Positions 1 to 11,934 of a stretch of 34,436 nt of DNA are shown piece by piece. Source of the stretch: Catajapyx aquilonaris. Lineage: Eukaryota. Made by a program: the position numbers and the translations under genes. The notes under the pieces are model-generated. The model searched no databases and had not been told where the DNA came from. It saw only the letters and a program-made list of their open reading frames with translations. The stretch's first letter is position 1; each line of letters opens with the position of its first letter. Location of the stretch: the NCBI GenBank assembly GCA_000934665.2, contig JYFJ02004166.1, positions 1-34,436 on the forward strand, written 5' to 3'.

Positions 1-16
1 CATGCCCACGACTCAC

Positions 17-135
17 TCTGCAGGCATACTACTGCACACGCTCAGAAAACACGGCTGGTGTGACATCATATCGTTCTTTGGGTTAACGGACTGCAGCGCA
101 ACCATCATGGCTTTCATATTTCCCACCTCCTTCAT
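17..135 (-). CDS. Probable first coding exon of an unidentified gene running off the left edge (MKEVGNMKAMMVALQSVNPKNDMMSHQPCFLSVCSSMPA...)
   Basis: Only open minus-strand frame here. ATG at 135, ending at a consensus donor GA|GTGAGT (GT at 16-15). CpG-rich, promoter-like sequence upstream. Protein family not recognised. Confidence 0.5.
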
Positions 136-328
136 TAATACTGTGGTCCTAGCACTCGTCTGAACGGTTCGCGTGGCAGGGGTAAGAAGACGCCCTTTAT
201 TGTGCTCTCCCGGCAACCGGTTGTTTGCGACGCGTAGCCAACATGTTTGAAGCACCGCGTCGCTATGTGCGGATAAACGATAGACTTTCCGAAATAACTA
301 GCAGCGGAGCCCGTTCTTCGCACAGCCT

Positions 329-396
329 GTTTCCATGATAATCATCAACAAAAACCTGTTGCCATAGACAAACAAACAAACTTTGCCTTGTAAACA
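329..396. promoter_or_regulatory. Two RFX X-box-like motifs and a forkhead site
   Basis: GTTTCCATGATAAT (329-342) and GTTGCCATAGACAAAC (358-373) match the X-box 5' half GTYNCC-AT with imperfect 3' halves. GTAAACA at 390-396. Confidence 0.45.
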
Positions 397-868
397 CCTG
401 TCACTGAAATATTTCCCACACCTCAAAGACCTCATTCCTTCGCCTGGGACCCTCCAGTTTTTCCGTAATGGATAAGTTTCCGCTACATTATCAGATCAAG
501 GACGTTACTGATATTTTTGCTGGTGAGAAAGAGAGGAAAATAGCTTGGAAAATGGGGATATCAAAAATAAGCACCTTACCTCAATATGGTGCAAAATCAG
601 TCCATACAGTAGCATTTTTGTGGAATAGTACATTTTACCCTACAGTTTTATCTGGCGTACAGCGCATCTTAAAAATAAGGGGGCTATACAGTTTCATTTT
701 GCAGTTGAAAATGTTCTCTTTGAATATCCCGAACAAACGCTTCCCAGCACCTTCTTCAACTATTCTACTTCTAAATTCACGACAAAACTTGCATCACCAT
801 GCACTGTTTTCCATGAAATAAGGTGCCTGTTGCAGAAACTTTCCAGCCACCCATTTGAAGGACTAAAC

Positions 869-945
869 CAGTGGTTCCCAACCCTTTTCGAGTCGCGACC
901 CCCTTTTATGATAGTCAAAGTAACCGGTGACCCGAACCCCCCTCG
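869..945. mobile_element. hAT (Charlie-like) MITE end
   Basis: CAGTGGTTCCCAACC...GTCGCGACCCCCTTTTATGA is the reverse complement of the right end of the MITE at 22143-22324. Confidence 0.65.
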
Positions 946-979
946 CCCTGAGTATTAGTAGAAGATTAATGTATTTTCA

Positions 980-1319
980 TAATAATCCTGGGGTAGTGCT
1001 TTCACCCCCAACTGGGGGTATATCACACCGACCTTTATTTTTTATTATTATTGTACAGTAGTTGGTGCCTATTAATTGAAGCGCCTGGGCCCACGGACAG
1101 GATGACAGGAGGGGATGTGCACAGTGCAGTGCACGGACTGTTACGGGTACATTTTGTGAACTCCCCCGGGTGGTTTAGTCTAAGGAAATACCACCCGAGA
1201 CGAAGCCAGAGATGACCTAAACTCTGCACGAGATGAAGGGGGTGTCCCCGGGCTGGGATCGAACCCGGGACCTCAACATCCGTGGGCGCATGCGTTACCG
1301 CAGCACCACTCCGCCTCCC
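980..1319 (-). mobile_element. tRNA-derived SINE (head A, central module, tail 1)
   Basis: Minus strand has A-box-like TGGTGCTGCGG and B-box GGTTCGATCCC. The head and body recur at 28961-29219. The 3' tail GGTCGGTGTGATATACCCCCAGTTGGGGGTGAAAGCACTACCCCAG-(ATT)n is shared with the SINE at 11935-12370. Confidence 0.85.
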
Positions 1320-1673
1320 ATAGTACATTCTAGACACAATAAACTAAAGATATTGATGCAATTTCAGGTCCTATAATATTTTGGTACACCGCTTTAGATA
1401 CCTGTGGCTGAGTTTTTAGGAAAAGGTACCTGTTTATTTTTTTCTTTGTGCAATCCCATGCCTAAAGCATGGTACATGGCCAGAACACCACAAAACAATA
1501 ATCAACATCCACACCTTTTTTATCAACCAACCCCAAGACTCTTGACCAAAGTGTAACTGTAAAACGTAGAGATTGTATCAGTAAAACACGATGATGATAA
1601 TAGATATGGATTTTCAAAAGGCATGGCATTGGCAAGAAGCCCAACGAGAACGTATAGGCTACCAGTACATTAA

Positions 1674-1927
1674 CCCTGGAACCGTGCCGTGCAGTCTTTT
1701 TGGACCCCACGGAAAAAAATGCATTAAAATGATAATTACAATGAACTTTCGAGATTTTTTTTACAGTATATAACAGGAAGTGCAGGTTTATTTTGAATAA
1801 GTTATCATTTTAGGCATTGTTCAAAGAATGATTGTCTATAGTCAATACATTGAAAAGTATCATATAATAATTAATAAAAATTAAAATATGGCGGGGTCCT
1901 AAAAAAACCCACGGCACGGTTCCAGGG
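1674..1927. mobile_element. piggyBac-type MITE
   Basis: TIR CCCTGGAACCGTGCCGTG / CACGGCACGGTTCCAGGG, flanked by TTAA at 1670-1673 and 1928-1931. Confidence 0.85.
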
Positions 1928-3019
1928 TTAAATATATTGTGGTCATTTTTCCCACAGTACAAAAGGTTATACCTACAAATAATTACTACTTGCATTGGAA
2001 CGTCAACTGTGCCAACTGTGTGTGTGTGTGTGTGNGGGGACACCGACACACACACTATATACTCTTCATACAGTGATGCTGTATGTGTAACAAGTGTGCC
2101 TGCCTCACGTTTTTAATGACGGCTGCATCGAAGCTCTTTCCTTCTTGCAGAAACTTGAGAGTTGCTTCCAACAATTTCTTGCCTGCCATCTTACTCTCAA
2201 TCACTTCAGAGATGAAGAACGGTCTGCACCACTCAACCACGTTCTGCACCGGTTCTGCACCTTCTGCTGCTCATCTGCTGCACTTCGATCTTCGCAGACA
2301 TGGCGCCCACTAGTCGTACTCTTTCAGACTAGCGCTCCTGGCTGAGGACTGTGGAAACTGCCAGACATCTAGAGTTTTCCACAATTCAAATCAACTTAGC
2401 TGTCTGAATTCAACTTCCACAAAGATATTGCACTGCAATTATACATCAACTTTAAATAGTACATCGCCGTGCATAGCAGTGCATTGGAGGGAAGTTGCGC
2501 ATGGGGGGGTGTTCTTATCCCGTTACGTCCCGTTACTTCTTGCGTTACTTGCATGATAATGCTCCGGTTTCCCGACTGCATGGTTGACATTTCTTCAGTA
2601 AAAGTAGTATATATAATAATGTTGGCGGCATATAATTTTGTATTCTGGACCAGTCGCTAATGTAGCAATCGTTTTTATGACCCTTATTGTGGCTGCGTTC
2701 GAAAGTAGGAACACTGTAACCACGCACGTAACATTATGCTTGAATTGGAAGTCTTCTTACGAGGGAGAACGGTGCCATCAAAATTGTCCGTTAGGAAGCA
2801 GCTCAGTCGAAGTTACTAGTCAATATCCATTTGCCCTTACGCCGAGCCACGGTCTCGCCGAGTGGCGAGCACACATGATGTATGATTAATTGATAATGGA
2901 GTACAGTAGAAATTTTTATTTTCGTTTATTTTACGACTAAAAACTGGACATTTCTGCCTTCTGGGCTCTCACCTCTCAGCCACACCTAGGCGAGTGGGAA
3001 CTTTTGGGTGACTCAGTAT

Positions 3020-3130
3020 CGCGCTGTCATCTGGCGGGGAATCATAATGGCATTTACTTCTCTCAGTGATGGCGAGGTAAGCATCAGACCACGGCATCAG
3101 ACAAACGTCAGACGTCAGTCACTCAGTCTA
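3020..3130 (+). promoter_or_regulatory. Candidate core promoter of the + strand unit
   Basis: CpG-rich stretch with TCAGTC initiator-like motifs at 3115-3120 and 3123-3128, followed by strong splice donors. Confidence 0.45.
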
Positions 3131-3319
3131 CTTCCTACTTAGCAAACCTGGCAAACCGAGGTCGGGAACACTAGACGCACCCGTCCTTGAGTGTTCTGGT
3201 TACATCGCAAATCGCAATGGTGCGCTACTGGATGATGAATTTCCAGTAGTATCTTAATAGTAGCTTTACGTTACTACGGCGAGGTGATTTACTCCTCGGC
3301 AATACCAAATTCACTTTTG
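3115..3319 (+). other. Candidate non-coding first exon
   Basis: Ends at TG|GTAAGT (GT at 3320) followed by AT-rich intron-like sequence. No long ORF. Start is approximate. Confidence 0.5.
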
Positions 3320-3570
3320 GTAAGTATTAATTTTATCACTTATTTTACACCATTGTGCAATAAAATAATGGGCAGTTAGATGCAGTAAGTAACTACAAGT
3401 GTGTTGTCCAGTAATAATATAAATATTAGTGTTGCTGAAAATTGCGCCAGGCATTACCAAGTTATGAAAAAATACTAGTTATCCTTGCATCTCCATTTGT
3501 TATAAAATTTGAAGCATGGCTTGCTCAACTTGTGCTTTACATACTGTACGAATTGCAAATATCATTTTAA

Positions 3571-4041
3571 CCCTTAACTACGTAGGTGGGTGAAACACCT
3601 TTAACTACGTAGGTGGAGCCTGAGAGGCTCCAACGGTATATTTAAATTTCTGCTTATCAACTAAATTGTTATATTGGACTTTTCACATACAGAAAGGGCA
3701 GTTCAGATCATTAGGCTTCTGATAATGTAAAAATCACACGCTGAGTCAGCATAGTCCGACAGGGAAAAATTCTTAATTAAAAGGTTACATCATGCTTGAG
3801 CCGCTCAGTCTTCACCTGCATAGGTAGAGCCTGTATAGAGTCCAGGAGGGACCTGTTCCTCGTTACGTTTTTTTTCAAACCAAACAATAGGGACTAAAAA
3901 ATTTTTTCTTTTCTTTTCATGCTTAGGAAGGTTGGTCTGACAAAGTCACGGAAGGACAGGGGAAAATAAAATTCGATGAAAAAGTTACATGCGTTTAAAT
4001 AGTGCTTGGAGCCTCTCAGGCTCCACCTACGTAGTTAAGGG
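3571..4041. mobile_element. piggyBac-type MITE (uninterrupted copy)
   Basis: TIR CCCTTAACTACGTAGGTGG / CCACCTACGTAGTTAAGGG with TTAA on both sides. A second, inverted copy is at 23592-24215. Confidence 0.9.
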
Positions 4042-4070
4042 TTAACATTAGTATCATTTGCAACGCAAAT

Positions 4071-4179
4071 GGGTGGAATTTTCGTCATACTACTAGTTAC
4101 TCCTAACTTAGCAGTACCATTGCATTACACTGGTACTGCTAGATTAAAAGAAACTAGTAGTAAGACGAAAATTCCACCC
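4071..4179. mobile_element. Short palindromic MITE-like element
   Basis: GGGTGGAATTTTCGTCATACTACTAGTT ... AACTAGTAGTAAGACGAAAATTCCACCC with an inner TAGCAGTACCA/TGGTACTGCTA stem. The right arm is duplicated just downstream and interrupted by the next MITE. Confidence 0.65.
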
Positions 4180-4187
4180 TAGTAGTA

Positions 4188-4349
4188 CAGTGCTGGACAT
4201 TAATTGAGGCATTTTGCCAGCGACATTTTCCGAAGAGGCAGAAGAAGGAATCGAAGATGAGGATACTGCAAGCCGGGCGAACGAGATTCCTTCTACTGCC
4301 GCTTCGGAAAATGTCGCTGGCAGTGTGCCTCGATTAATGTCCAACACTG
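4188..4349. mobile_element. Tc1/mariner-type palindromic MITE
   Basis: TA-CAGTGCTGGACATTAAT ... ATTAATGTCCAACACTG-TA, with arms pairing over ~60 bp. Confidence 0.85.
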
Positions 4350-5710
4350 TATGACGAAAATTCCACTCAGTGTGTTTAGTCATAAATCCTCAATAACATA
4401 CCAGTACATTCAGTTATAAATATCCAGCGAACACCTCTGTTACTGACCTTTGAGTACACACTAATTTCTTGACATATGGAGAACTAAGCTGTTACATTGT
4501 AATATAATGTATTCATGTATTGATTAGCACTCAATGCTCTCATTAACCAATTATTGTTGCACACTCAGAGAACATAGACAAAACAATGTAGACAAAAAAA
4601 AAAAAAAAATGAATCCAATGTCCAGTGCTGAACAAGCCCTTAGTGTAACACTGGATATTGAGGCAATGCCCAGAATGTCCCTGAACATTTACTGAACATT
4701 TGTATGCTGTTGGGGATTGGTAATGAGCAGATAAGATTGGAATGGTATAAAACTGAAGGTCACAATGCAGCATATGACCTAAAGCCAGATGCTAGCTGAT
4801 GCTCACATAAAATATCTGTGGAAATAGTGGCTTCCCAGCTTTATTATGCAAAACTAACTCCTTACTTGAACTCCAATGAGCAGAAAAAGTGCCCCTTTCA
4901 TCATTAATAAAAACAAAGCAGGCTTTTGTAGCCAGGATCAATGTCAAAACATTTTTTTGGTTTCTACTGGCATTCACACATGTACAGTGCTTCCTGGAGA
5001 ATGAGGGTACGGTTGTGGGAGTTGTCTCAGATGGAGATGAGAATCACAAATGTTCAGGTTTTTACCTCATTAAAAAAAAGCTAAAAAAAAAATAGAGCGC
5101 TGCCCCTTCCATTTTTCCATCCTCCCACACCTGCAGATTAATACACCTAACTCCTTTGATTCTAAGATGTGCTTCTTTCTTCTTCAATTACAGAATGAAA
5201 AATAAAAAAATCCTAACCATTCTGGGCATTGCAAGCACCCTTACGAAGCAGTTGTCTCACAGTGAAGTGACGTGGTCAAGAGTACGTCATTGGAGGCTGC
5301 ATTTAGTGGGGAATTACTGCTGCTACAGCTGCTGTGCATGAATATTATGTTGCTGTACCTTTGCTCATTGCTAGTGCAGTGCAACTCACCTTAATTCAGC
5401 TCACCAGCGGATCACATGCTCACCTGGATCACCCTCCAGTTCACACATGTGCACTGCAGTCCCAAACCGCTTGGGCTGCATAGTGCTATATTCCTTTAAA
5501 TGGGATATTACACTGCATAAGGATGTATGTGCATATATGAAATTAGTTAAATGTCAAATGCAGTAAACAATTTACAAAATTAAAAATTGATAGACATCTA
5601 GTATTACTATGAAAATCTATAAAAATAATATTGAAGTAATCTGTGGCCATTTAAAATATTAAAAGGTTGTAAATTCGTGACATTTCCACCTGAATTTTCA
5701 CTGTTCACAG

Positions 5711-5993
5711 AATTGATATAAAAGACACTTCATTCAATTCTCGATCAATCAACCTCCACGAAAAATTATTATCGTACATGGTGCAGCCATTCTGTAGTGA
5801 TAACCTTTGAAAAAAACTGGGAATTTTTACCTGTATGATCATATTATCACTGTCAACATCCAGGCCGTTCAGTTGGCACCATCGTGTACTTTTTGCGCTG
5901 AAAACCTTAGTTGATTGATAAGTATAGGCATTATTCGCTATTGTTTGGTGGTCTCTTTTGGACGTCAACTGCAGCCAGGGGAAGTCGAGTAAG
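5711..5993 (+). other. Candidate internal 5'UTR exon
   Basis: Acceptor TTTTCACTGTTCACAG (AG 5709-5710) and donor AAG|GTGAGA (GT 5994). All three frames contain stops. Confidence 0.4.
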
Positions 5994-7217
5994 GTGAGAA
6001 AAATTTTGTATTGTCTGTCAGAAAGTTTATGACTTCGTTTCAGTCAATTTACCATAGATTTTGTTTCGTTCTGTACAGTTTAAGTGGACTGTACAAGTCA
6101 TTCTTTTGACCCAACAATCACCTGATTTAATGGTGATGGATTTACTGTGACTGGCTAATAACCAGACCAATTTTCTAGAAGTTCTTTCTAGAACTGATTG
6201 TCACAAGTACATTTCATGTTACAATGCCTCAGCTTACAATGTTTCCTATTTGAAGATTACTGGATAAGTAGGCTAGGTTACTACTTTAATTACATTCTAC
6301 TTAGGGCCCTTACAGAGGGAAAATAGTTTGGTGTAACCTGTCAGGTGCTTTTCACATGAATTAAGTTGGCTGAAAGAGGTGTTAATTACAGATGTGTGAT
6401 GGGAGTTGTGCAAGGACAGTAGAGGGAATGAAGCCTGAGCTGAGAGGGAGCTGGCAGGGAATACTGTTCTGAGTGGACTGAATAATAGCAGCTCCTTCCT
6501 CTCTCATGCCCATTCCATTGTCATGTGGAAAGTTCCAGTACACATCTGTGGCAAAACATGTTACCTCTGTCAAAAACCTACCAGTCCCTGCAGATTTCTG
6601 CCAGAGGAAAATGGGTTACGCCTGAAACCTACACTGTGTGTAAACTACGGTGAAACCAGTTATGCTGGACACTGACAGTTCCAAAATGCCCAACAAAAAG
6701 TGTTCAACATGATTATTAGGGTTTCAACCTCACAGGTTTCATAGTGCAGTAATGTACAGTACAATTCAGAGTAAGTAGGCTACTATACAATATTTATCTA
6801 GTAATCAACTTCCAATGCATGTTTGTTTATTTTCGGTATAGTACACCACAGTGTACATACATTTTCTGGAACTGGCCTACTGTGTGATTTTTTAAAATCA
6901 GTAACAGGTGGCTGCTTGAAAGTTACCACTGTCTCTTTAATTATGGAAATTTTAAATTTCTTTTGGACAGCAAAAATGGCATCAATAAGAGTGGGTTGGC
7001 GTGCCAAGGCATAAAGCTATAATTTTTTAATCCAGATGAGAAGAGGGTTTATTGTTACAATTACAAGGGTTGGACAAAATACGTAATAGGGGCACCTGCA
7101 AAAAGCGGGTGGAACTTTGAGTCTTTTATTTGAAAACTGGACAAGTTACAAAAATGACGTTTTCTGAGTTTTGAAGATCTGTCAATGTACATTATTATGT
7201 CAAGATATGGGGGGGGN

Positions 7218-7218
<1 letters not shown>

Positions 7219-7250
<32 letters not shown>
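7219..7250. repeat. (GA)n microsatellite next to poly-G and an N
   Basis: Direct reading of the sequence. Confidence 0.95.
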
Positions 7251-7253
<3 letters not shown>

Positions 7254-7824
7254 AAAAGATGAATGACACCCCCAACAAATGAAAAGGGTGGGACACTCTG
7301 GTCAAAAATGGTGGCTGGGGGAGGGGGGGGGGGGTAATTCGTCTTTTGTTTCCCCCCTTCCTCTCGTGATTTTTGCACCATCTGCATATCTTGACATATG
7401 TACATGACAGAGCTTCAAAACTCACGAAACTTTATCTTTAACTTTTCCAGTTTTCGCATTAAACAGATGCGAAGTTTCAACTGCTCTTCACAGGTGTCCC
7501 TATTATTTTGTCCTACCACTGTCGATTTTACAGCGTTTTCATCTGCTGATGATTCACCTCATCTGCATTGCCACCATAATCATCCTCTGCTGTCAGGATG
7601 TTGTTATAGTTGACAATGTCACTTGAAGACATGAAGGCATACTTCACAAATGTATGCAGAGCTCAGGATGGCTCAAGTTTTGAAAATAAATGAGAATACA
7701 TGTAGAATAAATTTGAAAATTATACTGTACTTGTCCAACTTCCAATATAGAGGGGTGTCCTAATTAGCAACCATTTTGAAGGTTACAGGGGATAGGCTTT
7801 TTGATTTAAAAAAAAAAATCCACC

Positions 7825-8695
7825 ATATCCTCCTGAGACCTGGTGTCGTCATAATTATGTTGACATTATACTTACTAATCTGTTGGTATCCCATGATTAC
7901 AATCTGGCATCAATAGGTGTAGCCACCTAGTGTCGAATATCTGACTTTGGCCGCGGAAATTAAATCACTTATGAAAATGGTAGATGCTGCTGCTGAAGCT
8001 AGGCGCTCATCTGATAAGTTATCTATTTTTACTCATATTAAGAGTGCAATTTTTGCAATGCAGTGAATGTCCTGGGATTCGCAAGGAATGTGTATTAGGA
8101 AATACGAAAAGATGAGTCTGTGACAATCTTTGTTGCTGTAGAGAACTGGTGATTTTCTTTTCTTCCTGAGACCAAATGCCCATTTAAATGGACATCAGAT
8201 TTTTTTTTTTAAATAGCTGAATGGGCTGTGACTTTTCTTTAAGTGCCTGTACCTATACACCCATAAGGAAGTGTGCTTTGCACTATGCAGTTCAGTTTTA
8301 ACATCTGGAATAGTGAGGTACCATGGTAGGGGTGTAAGAAGGGAGGGAGCAAGCCCCATGCCTGGAGTGGTGGCGTTAAAAAATAATTTCATTTATCTTT
8401 AATTGTCTTCTGAGAGGAATTGCTACCACAAATTCTACAAATGAATTTACAAAACATTGTTTTGAGGATAGAGCATATGTTAGTGATCCATTAAGTGGCA
8501 TTTAAATTTTCAGCTGTCATCCGTTCTGCTTTTGTGCAGCAATTGGGTCCTATTGTTCTCATTGGTTGTTTGTCATTGTTTTTGTCAATATTTTAAAACT
8601 ATTATATTTATCTCGTTTCTTATTGGGAAAAGTTCAGAAAATGCAATAGGAACTGACTTTGCATTAAAAATTCTTCTCGGATCTCAGGAGGATAT
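7825..8695. mobile_element. Non-autonomous DNA element (superfamily uncertain)
   Basis: Perfect 14-bp inverted repeat ATATCCTCCTGAGA / TCTCAGGAGGATAT, with an internal copy of CCTGAGACC near 8165. TSD unclear. Confidence 0.5.
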
Positions 8696-8867
8696 TAGGG
8701 TGTCCAACTTCAAGGGTTTCACTGTACTGTGTGTTTACTTACTGTGTGTTTTAAGTCAACATCCTGACAGGCTCTACAAAACTATCAAACCTCTTCCATC
8801 CTTCAAAAAATATGGTTGTAAGTGGCCTTTATTACTCACTTTTTTTTGTATTGACTAGGCAATTGCC

Positions 8868-9011
8868 ATGTCAGACCATGATTTGATGGTTGATGGAGGA
8901 ATTGGATCCAGGGGAGGAGAACAGGCATCTGGGCTAATGTCTTCTGCTACAGGAGCAGGAAGAACCACTACTCTTGTCATCAGTCATGCTTCTGAAGGCA
9001 GTGACAACCAG
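8868..9011 (+). CDS. First coding exon of a small unidentified protein (MSDHDLMVDGGIGSRGGEQASGLMSSATGAGRTTTLVISHASEGSDNQ)
   Basis: T-rich acceptor ending GACTAG (8857-8858), GCCATG start context, 48 open codons ending at a phase-0 donor CAG|GTAATG. Too short for the supplied ORF track. Confidence 0.65.
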
Positions 9012-10150
9012 GTAATGAACATGTAGCTCTCCACAAATTTATTTGCTATTAGCAATAAGCCTGCAGTTGGCTGCTCCAGTCTTACATTTCTGAATGCCTA
9101 CATGCTAACACACAAAATGTGTATCCTAAAAACTGTTTTGTCAGCTTGCACATGATGTGAGTGGGGTTGCTCTTATAAGCTTAGTTTTTGTCTATAGCTT
9201 ACATCGCTCACATGGTTTTCTGTTCAGAGGGAGACAATAGGATATTCTTGTAAGTGTTTAATCTGCAAAGAAATTCAATCCAGGAGTTGCGTTGATATAA
9301 AAATTAAATAAGTTCAAATAATGGTACCAGTACTCAGCCCCGTTGTGTGGGGGGAGGGGGGGGGGGGGAGGGCGAGCGGGGCGACCCGGGCAACCTTATA
9401 CTTTTTTTAGAGGTACAGTACAATTGTTATGAAATTAATGTGTATTTTTGACACCAATTAACAAGACATTAAAAAATAAATTTCGTGTTTCCAACTGCTA
9501 AAGTGATGCAGGGCCCCTACAAGTTCAATTATTATCAGCAAATGACAGCAAATTTATTTAAAGTCGCACGGGGCCTCTCGTGATAAAGGTACAGTATAAG
9601 CCTCTGTATAATGTGAAATTGTCATTGTGGCGCTACAAATTAAAGATGCAGCCCCCCCTCTCTGGCTCCTGAAATTTGTAGGAGCACTGCTGAGGCTGTT
9701 TGTATAGTGGATTTCCGCTAACGCAACCTCCGAATCTGCCTCCCACACTATCCATTTGAAAAAATATTGGCTCCTGTGTTTGACCGCAAATATCTCACAC
9801 AAAGTGTCATTGGAGACCTAGTTAAAAATATGTGCGACATATCTCAGAATGGCCACGTTCACTCTAATTCGCTACTTTTAACATGGAGAAAGTGTCAATA
9901 ATTGTTGATGGTCCTGGGAGATGAAGCCTTTTTGAGAATTTATCGGGGAGTAAATGTTAGATTTAAAAAATTGTTTTTTAAACAATCGATGGTTCCAATA
10001 TTTTCAAGTCGGCTTCTGACTTTATAAGCATGTTTTTCATGAGAGTTTGATTGCAATTAAGGCAATTAAGGCAAGTTGAGACGCTGATGAAAATCAGGCC
10101 CTGTGACCAGTACGCGCCAGTGCTGCCAGTACTGATGGAAATTTTGTATA

Positions 10151-10597
10151 CAGGGTGAAGGGAAACTCGCGGATAATAATCGCCAGATAGACTGATAGGA
10201 CTCGCAAAACTAATATAGGGATGTGCAATTAGTTTTGGGTGCCGTTGCGTAGTTAATGCATATGGCGCCTTTAAAGTGTGGATGACCGGATGGTAAAATA
10301 TGAGGTAAAAATGACAAAGTGCACGGGTGTCGTACCCTGATTCTTACTCTGATGAGATTTGATCGCCTGGTGTACATAGACGATGTGTTATGGACCCAAG
10401 GCCGGATTGTTTGGAGGCATTCAAGCTGACTTTTGCTTCTTTGAAGCTGGAGGAGCGGATATGACGTCATGAAACTTCGAAGGCGCTGTGCGCATTAACT
10501 ACGCAACGGCGCCCAAAAGTAATTGTGCATCCCTACATTAGTTTTACGAGTACTATCAGTCTACCTGGCAATTATCCGCGAGTTTCCCTTCACCCTG
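10151..10597. mobile_element. Tc1/mariner-type MITE with ~120-bp TIRs
   Basis: TA-CAGGGTGAAGGGAAACTCGCGGATAAT ... ATTATCCGCGAGTTTCCCTTCACCCTG. Confidence 0.85.
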
Positions 10598-10752
10598 TTA
10601 TGTTACCCCGTGTGAACGCTCTTTCAAGTTTAGTTGATTCATTCCATGTCAAGCAAGCCAGGGGTGGTTGCTCAACACCCATAATGCATGCACGCTCATG
10701 GTTTCCAGTCACCCGTTGACAGCAAAATTAAAACAATTATCCAGTCTTCCTA

Positions 10753-11571
10753 CTATCCGTTTATTTAATATAGGCCCCTGTGTTTGACTCAAAACAACTC
10801 TCAGGCAAATCGTCCAAAAAGAATCATGTTATATATCGTTCGAACTTCAAAAGCTTGTTTAAATCCACGTGACATAATTATGTGCAAGTTGTTTTCCTAT
10901 CATCAGTGTGTAATTTTTTTATCGCAAGAAGAAGCCGACAAGGTGTCCTTTTTTCACTAGTTGCTGATGTTACGCTGCAAAATGAATTTTTTAATGACAC
11001 TTCTCGGAAGCAAAAAATTCCCCCTGTGAACCCTGGACAGTGCAAATCTTTGTCTATCTAATGATATATTTGAAACTTAGAAATCGCCATTTGTGTAATT
11101 ATAATTAAGTTAATTGCACACCTCAGTTATCTTGGCCGTTTCTCATCCAAATTACTTCGACGGCAAGCCAGAAATGTGGGTGATAAAATTACACCGTGCT
11201 GTATTACGCTAAATATTTGAAAAGTATTGTTTTAGCAAGTTTAATAGACAAGTACCCATCCCGCTTTTTGTAACAATACAGGGTGGTCCAACATCAAGTG
11301 TCGTTTTATAACGGCGATTAATAGCAGTGATTTTGCGATGACGTAGCAGCAACGCGCAAAATGTCCCACTTCGGTGCATCTTCGGCGCCATCGAAGTGGG
11401 CAATTTTACACGTCGCTGCTACGTCAATCGTAAAGCGCTTCTATTAATAGCCGTTATAAAACGACACTTGATGTTGGACCACCCTGTATATATGGAATGA
11501 TTTTTTTTTGATCATTTGCATGGGAGTTGTTTCGAGTCGAACACAGAGCTCTATATTAAATAAACGGATAG
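10753..11571. mobile_element. TA-flanked MITE with ~50-bp TIRs, host to the MITE at 11279
   Basis: TA-CTATCCGTTTATTTAATATAG...AAACAACTC / GAGTTGTTT...CTATATTAAATAAACGGATAG-TA. Confidence 0.75.
11279..11486. mobile_element. Fully palindromic Tc1/mariner-type MITE
   Basis: TA-CAGGGTGGTCCAACATCAAGTGTCGTTTTATAACGGC ... GCCGTTATAAAACGACACTTGATGTTGGACCACCCTG-TA. Confidence 0.9.
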
Positions 11572-11934
11572 TAGTGTTCTTGTGGCAATTTTGAGGAGGG
11601 AATAATATCTGTAAAATAGTAAATTTAAAACATGGATTTGGGCAATTCCAGGATCAATTGGACAACAAGAAGTTGAAATTTTCCATCTAACATTATTAGT
11701 CTGAACAACATACAGGAAATATTATAACAGGTCACAGAAAAAACGATTCATGGTAGGGCTCCTTCATCTTGTGCGGAAGGGGAACCAGCCATGCATAAAT
11801 TGGAGACCAGGGAAAAAAAGTGTGCCTTGAAAGTGTTGAAATGTATTACAGAGGATACTGGTGCATGTCATAAATCATGGGTGACTCGGATGCGAAAGGA
11901 ATTTATTTTGAATGATGAATACATTGATGATTTA

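Noticed and set aside
2055..2370. Coding-looking minus-strand stretch (VQNVVEWCRPFF...MAGKKLLEATLKF)
   Set aside because: Stops interrupt every frame after the nearby acceptor and ATGs, and I recognise no homology or clear donor. It may be a UTR exon or relic.
10349..10370. CTGATGAG hammerhead core
   Set aside because: No GAAA follows a stem II and no matching stems I and III are present.
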